The translations under genes and the position numbers were made by a program. Shown here in pieces: positions 60,005-64,000 of a stretch of 64,000 nt of DNA. The notes under the pieces are model-generated. The model made no database searches. It was given only the letters and a program-made list of their open reading frames with translations, and was not told where the DNA came from. Numbering within the stretch: the first letter of the stretch is position 1; each line of letters starts with the position of its first letter. The DNA comes from Salpingoeca rosetta (taxonomy: Eukaryota; Protista; Choanoflagellata), in assembly GCA_033442325.1 (NCBI GenBank), contig JAWQFM010000012.1, positions 368,111 to 432,110 on the forward strand, in the 5' to 3' direction.

Positions 60005-61864
60005 GTGCGCTGGGCGTCGAAATCCGGACATGAGCGACTGCTGCTTTGGCTTCTTCGGTGCAGGGCCGCGTGACGACGACGATGACGATGATGATGACGG
60101 TACTGCTGCGGCTGTTGTTGTTGCTGCTGCTGCTGCTGATGATGATGATGCTGAGGAGGAGGAGGATGGTTCGATTATTCCCGAGCGCCGCAGCTGACTG
60201 CTGGAGGCGCTGCTTCCTTTTGCTGTTCTGTTTCCGCGGGAAAACTTGTACTCATCGAGGCTGCTGCACATGAATGAGGTGATGGGGATGGCAGCCGGGA
60301 TAGCTTCCTCTTCTTCCTCTTCCTCTTCCTCTTCCTCTTCTTCTGCTTCTTCCTCTTCTTCCATTGCCATCCTAGCGGCCCTTGCCGCGATGTTTTCCTT
60401 GTCCGCCCGAGACTCGTTCGAATCCGTGCTGTCTGTCAGCTGTGTTGAGGGCGCGCTGCCACTGCTGTCCACAATCTCAACAACATCACCGCTCCCATCG
60501 CCGCCTGCATCATCAATAGAAATAACTCGACCAGTATCGCTCGGGCCACTGTCACCGCTGCTGTCGCCTCTGGCACCATCGTTGTCACTACTGCCGCCAA
60601 TATGACCGTTGTTGTTCTCGCGACTGTCGTCGTTCTCGTCATCACAATCGTCCATGAGTAGAATTGGGTCGCCGACGTCTCCACTCTTTTTGCTTCGTCT
60701 TTTCCGTCCTCCGTTCGCTGTTGTTGCTGCTGTTGCCGCGGTCTGCGTGGTGTTGGCCCGTACATCATCCCCGCCACGTGCTGCCGACGTGCTCAATCGC
60801 GCCCGAGAACGAGGAGGGGACCGGGGTGGGCCGCCGCCGCCGCCGCGAAGCCCGCGGGGAAACGACAGCTTCCAGCCCCGCCCGCTTGTCGACACAGTGG
60901 ATGATGATGATGATGATGACAGTGCTGCTGATGATGATGACGATGATGATGATGATGATGACGATGATGACAGTGCTGCTGCTGCTGATGATGATGATGA
61001 TGACGCCACATTGTGCTGTTGCGGCTGTTGTTGTTGGGGCCAGGATGAAGGTGGCACTGCTGATGTTGTGGACGTTGCTGTAGATGCAGGGGGTACCATT
61101 GACAAGGCAGAAGCAGAGCGTGCGGTGGATACGAGCGACGATGAAGAAGGGGCTGCAGAGGTGTCAAAGCTGAACACGTCACCAGCGTCACCACCACCGC
61201 CCACACTCGCTGTGCGTCGGCGCCGTCGATGCTGCTGTTGCTGCTGCTGTTCGAGTAGGATGCCCCACAGGTCTGGATCTGTGTTCTCCACACCCCCAGC
61301 AGAGCGGCGAAATCGCGGGGCCCTCACGCCATTATGCGCACCATCACCACGCGCGCCGTCACCGCTGCCCCTGGTACTGTTTGCGCCATCAGCAGTGCTG
61401 TCGGCGGTGGCGTCGGTGGCGGCAGCGGTGGCGTCGGCATTGTGGGAGGGCCGGCCCCGCGGTCGACAGGGACGCGGTTGTGGCTGCCAGCGGGTGTCTG
61501 CAGAGGTATTGACGATGGTGAGTGGTTCACGGCTCGGTGTGCGGGAGAGGGTGCTGGAAGGGCGCGAACCCGGCGCTGATGCTGATCTGCCCTCCACGGC
61601 ATGTGGGCTGGGTGATGGCCCTGTCGACATGGCTGCTGGTGTCGCTGGTGCCGGTGTTGGCGGTGCTGTGGTCGCCGAAGATGAAGAAGCCAGCGATGGG
61701 AACGGGCTTGCCTGTGCAGGCGGCTGCATAGGCCGTGTTGCCGGCCCTGATCGGTGCCTGGTGCTGCTACTGCTTAAGAAAGGGTTTGTGATATGGAAGG
61801 GATCACGGTGTTGCTGGTGCTCATCTTGGTGTTGGGGTGGGTCTACGCCATGATGGCTTGGCAT
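55615..61864 (-). CDS. USP-family deubiquitinase, USP1-like (~1657 aa, 6 exons)
   Basis: Exons 61864-59159, 58849-58784, 58550-58444, 58221-57744, 57526-57402, 57106-55615. Cys box GIRNLGNTCYLASTLQAL; QHDAQEF; RCCTCE...HCSDC; His box VFHTGSSAASGHY; long insertion; then WLQLNDSEV...AYLIFY. The insertion position matches the USP1 layout. Confidence 0.9.
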
Positions 61865-62310
61865 TGTTGTCGAGGAAGGGGCAGCGTGTGAGGCGCGCTT
61901 ATGCTTGTCGGCTGTCGACCAGCGAGCCCGTGCGATAGAGAGAGCGTGCGAAATCGAAAAAGGGCGCAGTCAATCAAGGTGTACGTGTGTGTGTGTGTGC
62001 GCGCGCATGTGTCGATGTGTCGATGTGTGTGCGACGGCAGCGGCAGCGTCTGTGTCAACACTGCAAACAAGGAGAACAAGGCGTGCTTCCTTGCTCTGCC
62101 GAACAGCAGCTGTTCGATGAGTGATGAAGCGTGCAGCTGCAGCACGTCCACACAAAGATGAAGGCGAGCGAGCGAGCAAGAGCAGGCGAACGCGCTCTGT
62201 CTTCTTGTGTGGCTGTGGAACAAAACCAAAAAAATGGCGCGCGGCAACACGACTGAATTCACACTATTCGACTGATTTCAATATGCCAACCAGATTAGAC
62301 TGAATTAAGT

Positions 62311-62444
62311 TTACTGTGGTCTGCTGGACAACAAAGGTGTGTGATCATCATCATCATCATCTCTGTCGCTCCCGCCATCATCATCGTCGTCATCGGCAGC
62401 CCAGCTCCGCCCGCCCCCTTGTTCCCTCACACCAGCATGGCCCA

Positions 62445-62519
<75 letters not shown>

Positions 62520-63638
62520 GTTGTTGTTGTTGTTCGCCTTGCTCCACCTGCGCCTCCACCTCTTCCTCTTCCTCCTCCTCTTCCTCTTCCTCCTCATCGT
62601 TGTCTCCATTAGCTTCGTTGTCGTCCTCCATGCCGACGGTTGGGCCCGGCATCGGGCAGTGGCGCCCCGTGTTTGCTCGTCTTCGTCGTGGACGCCTGTG
62701 GCCATGCCTGGCGTCGCTGCCGTCACTTGGGTTCCCGCCATCATGCGTGACGGGCCCTTCAAACGACGTCACTGTTGGCCGGGCAAAGCGGATGCGCCCG
62801 CCACCCTCACCCGTGGCACCGTTGCTGCCGTTGCTGCCGCTACTGCCGTCATCGCCAGCACCACTGCCGCCAGAGCCATCGCCCCCGCTCTCCTGGTGCA
62901 TTGCCCCAGATATCACATCTGCAGACACAGAGCCGCATGTGAACATGTGTGTGTGCGCGTGTGTGTGCATGTGTATGCATGTGTATGTGTATGTGTGTGT
63001 GTATGCGTGTGAGGAAGGTTGTCATAGCACAGCGCAAGCGAGCAAGGTGGGGGGGCAGGGGAAAATCCATGTCGAAACCTCAAACTTGGAATTATTCTGC
63101 TCACATTGGAGTGTTCACACACACACACACACATTCACACTTTCGCACACTTTCGCACACATTCGCACACTTTCGCACACATTCGCACAAATCCACACAC
63201 ACTCAGTCACACACACACACGCACACTCACATATTCACACACTTACGCACATATTCGCACACTTACGCACCTCGGACGACTTGTTCATCGGACTGAACGG
63301 AAAAATTCCGCACGCGCTCCTCGCTGGAAAAGCTGCAAGTGGTGAAGAGGACACGAGAGTGAGGCCACTGCAAGGGAAGATGGCAAGCACTGAACACAAT
63401 AAATTAACACACACACAGTGTACACGCCCGCATGCAAGTGCACTTCCACATTGCACACACACACACATGCACACACACGCGTGTGCGGTGTATACGTGCA
63501 CATGCAGGGGCACTTACACAACACGGCGCCTGGCAGCGCCAATCCACCACTTGTAAAAGGCCTTGCGCATGGCGGCCCAGCGACACAGGCGTCGGTTCTC
63601 GCGGTCAAGCACAAACATGACAAACACGCAAAAGAACC
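62311..63638 (-). CDS. 3' end of a membrane protein gene (one TM helix plus an acidic/polyQ cytosolic tail); 5' part outside window
   Basis: Phase-consistent exons 63638-63551 (xFFCVFVMFVLDRENRRLCRW...), 63323-63271, 62918-62311. The tail ends DDDDDHTPLLSSRPQ*. Confidence 0.55.
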
Positions 63639-63897
63639 CTGGTGGGGACGAAGGAAGAAGGCAGCGGCGGTGGTGTCGGATGCAGGAATTGGGCGCAGCA
63701 GCGGTGATGGTGGCGGTGGCGCAAGTCCGTGATCAGTGATCAGTGATGTTAAAACGTTCACAACATTGTGGACACACCCCTCGTGTCGTGTGTAGAATAA
63801 CCAGCAACAGCAACAACAACAACTCAGCAAACATGCCACATGAAACCGTCCAGGACACACTTTATGTCCCTTACTGTCTCCCGCATTCCCTTGCCTC

Positions 63898-64000
<103 letters not shown>

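Overview
This is gene-dense, intron-rich eukaryotic DNA with (CA)n/(GT)n microsatellites in most introns and two N gaps. The style suggests a choanoflagellate such as Salpingoeca rosetta (inference). Most of the supplied ORF track is repeat noise, so gene models were spliced by hand using GT-AG sites and phase consistency. Genes in order: 3' part of a Sushi / dermatopontin-like / Cys-module / NHL-propeller protein (+); intronless F-box/LRR gene (+); small coiled-coil gene (-); CysPc-only calpain with an N-terminal membrane anchor (-), head-to-head with a p24/TMED gene (+); ~1015-aa ubiquitin-like-domain protein (-), head-to-head with an opine dehydrogenase ending in -SKL (+); Arg-rich orphan (+); intronless HSP20 (+); ~2830-aa SFI1-like protein (-), head-to-head with a possible DUF4614/C19orf44-like gene (+); MCM4 (+, spans a gap); GET1/WRB (+); USP1-like deubiquitinase (-); and the 3' end of a membrane protein gene (-). 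The best leads are: (1) an opine dehydrogenase whose peroxisomal PTS1 lies on a separate 41-nt terminal exon; (2) a USP1-like enzyme carrying the exact ubiquitin C-terminus LRLRGG inside its catalytic-domain insertion, plus SIM, PIP-like and KEN motifs; (3) the mosaic extracellular protein with dermatopontin-like and tandem defensin-like modules.
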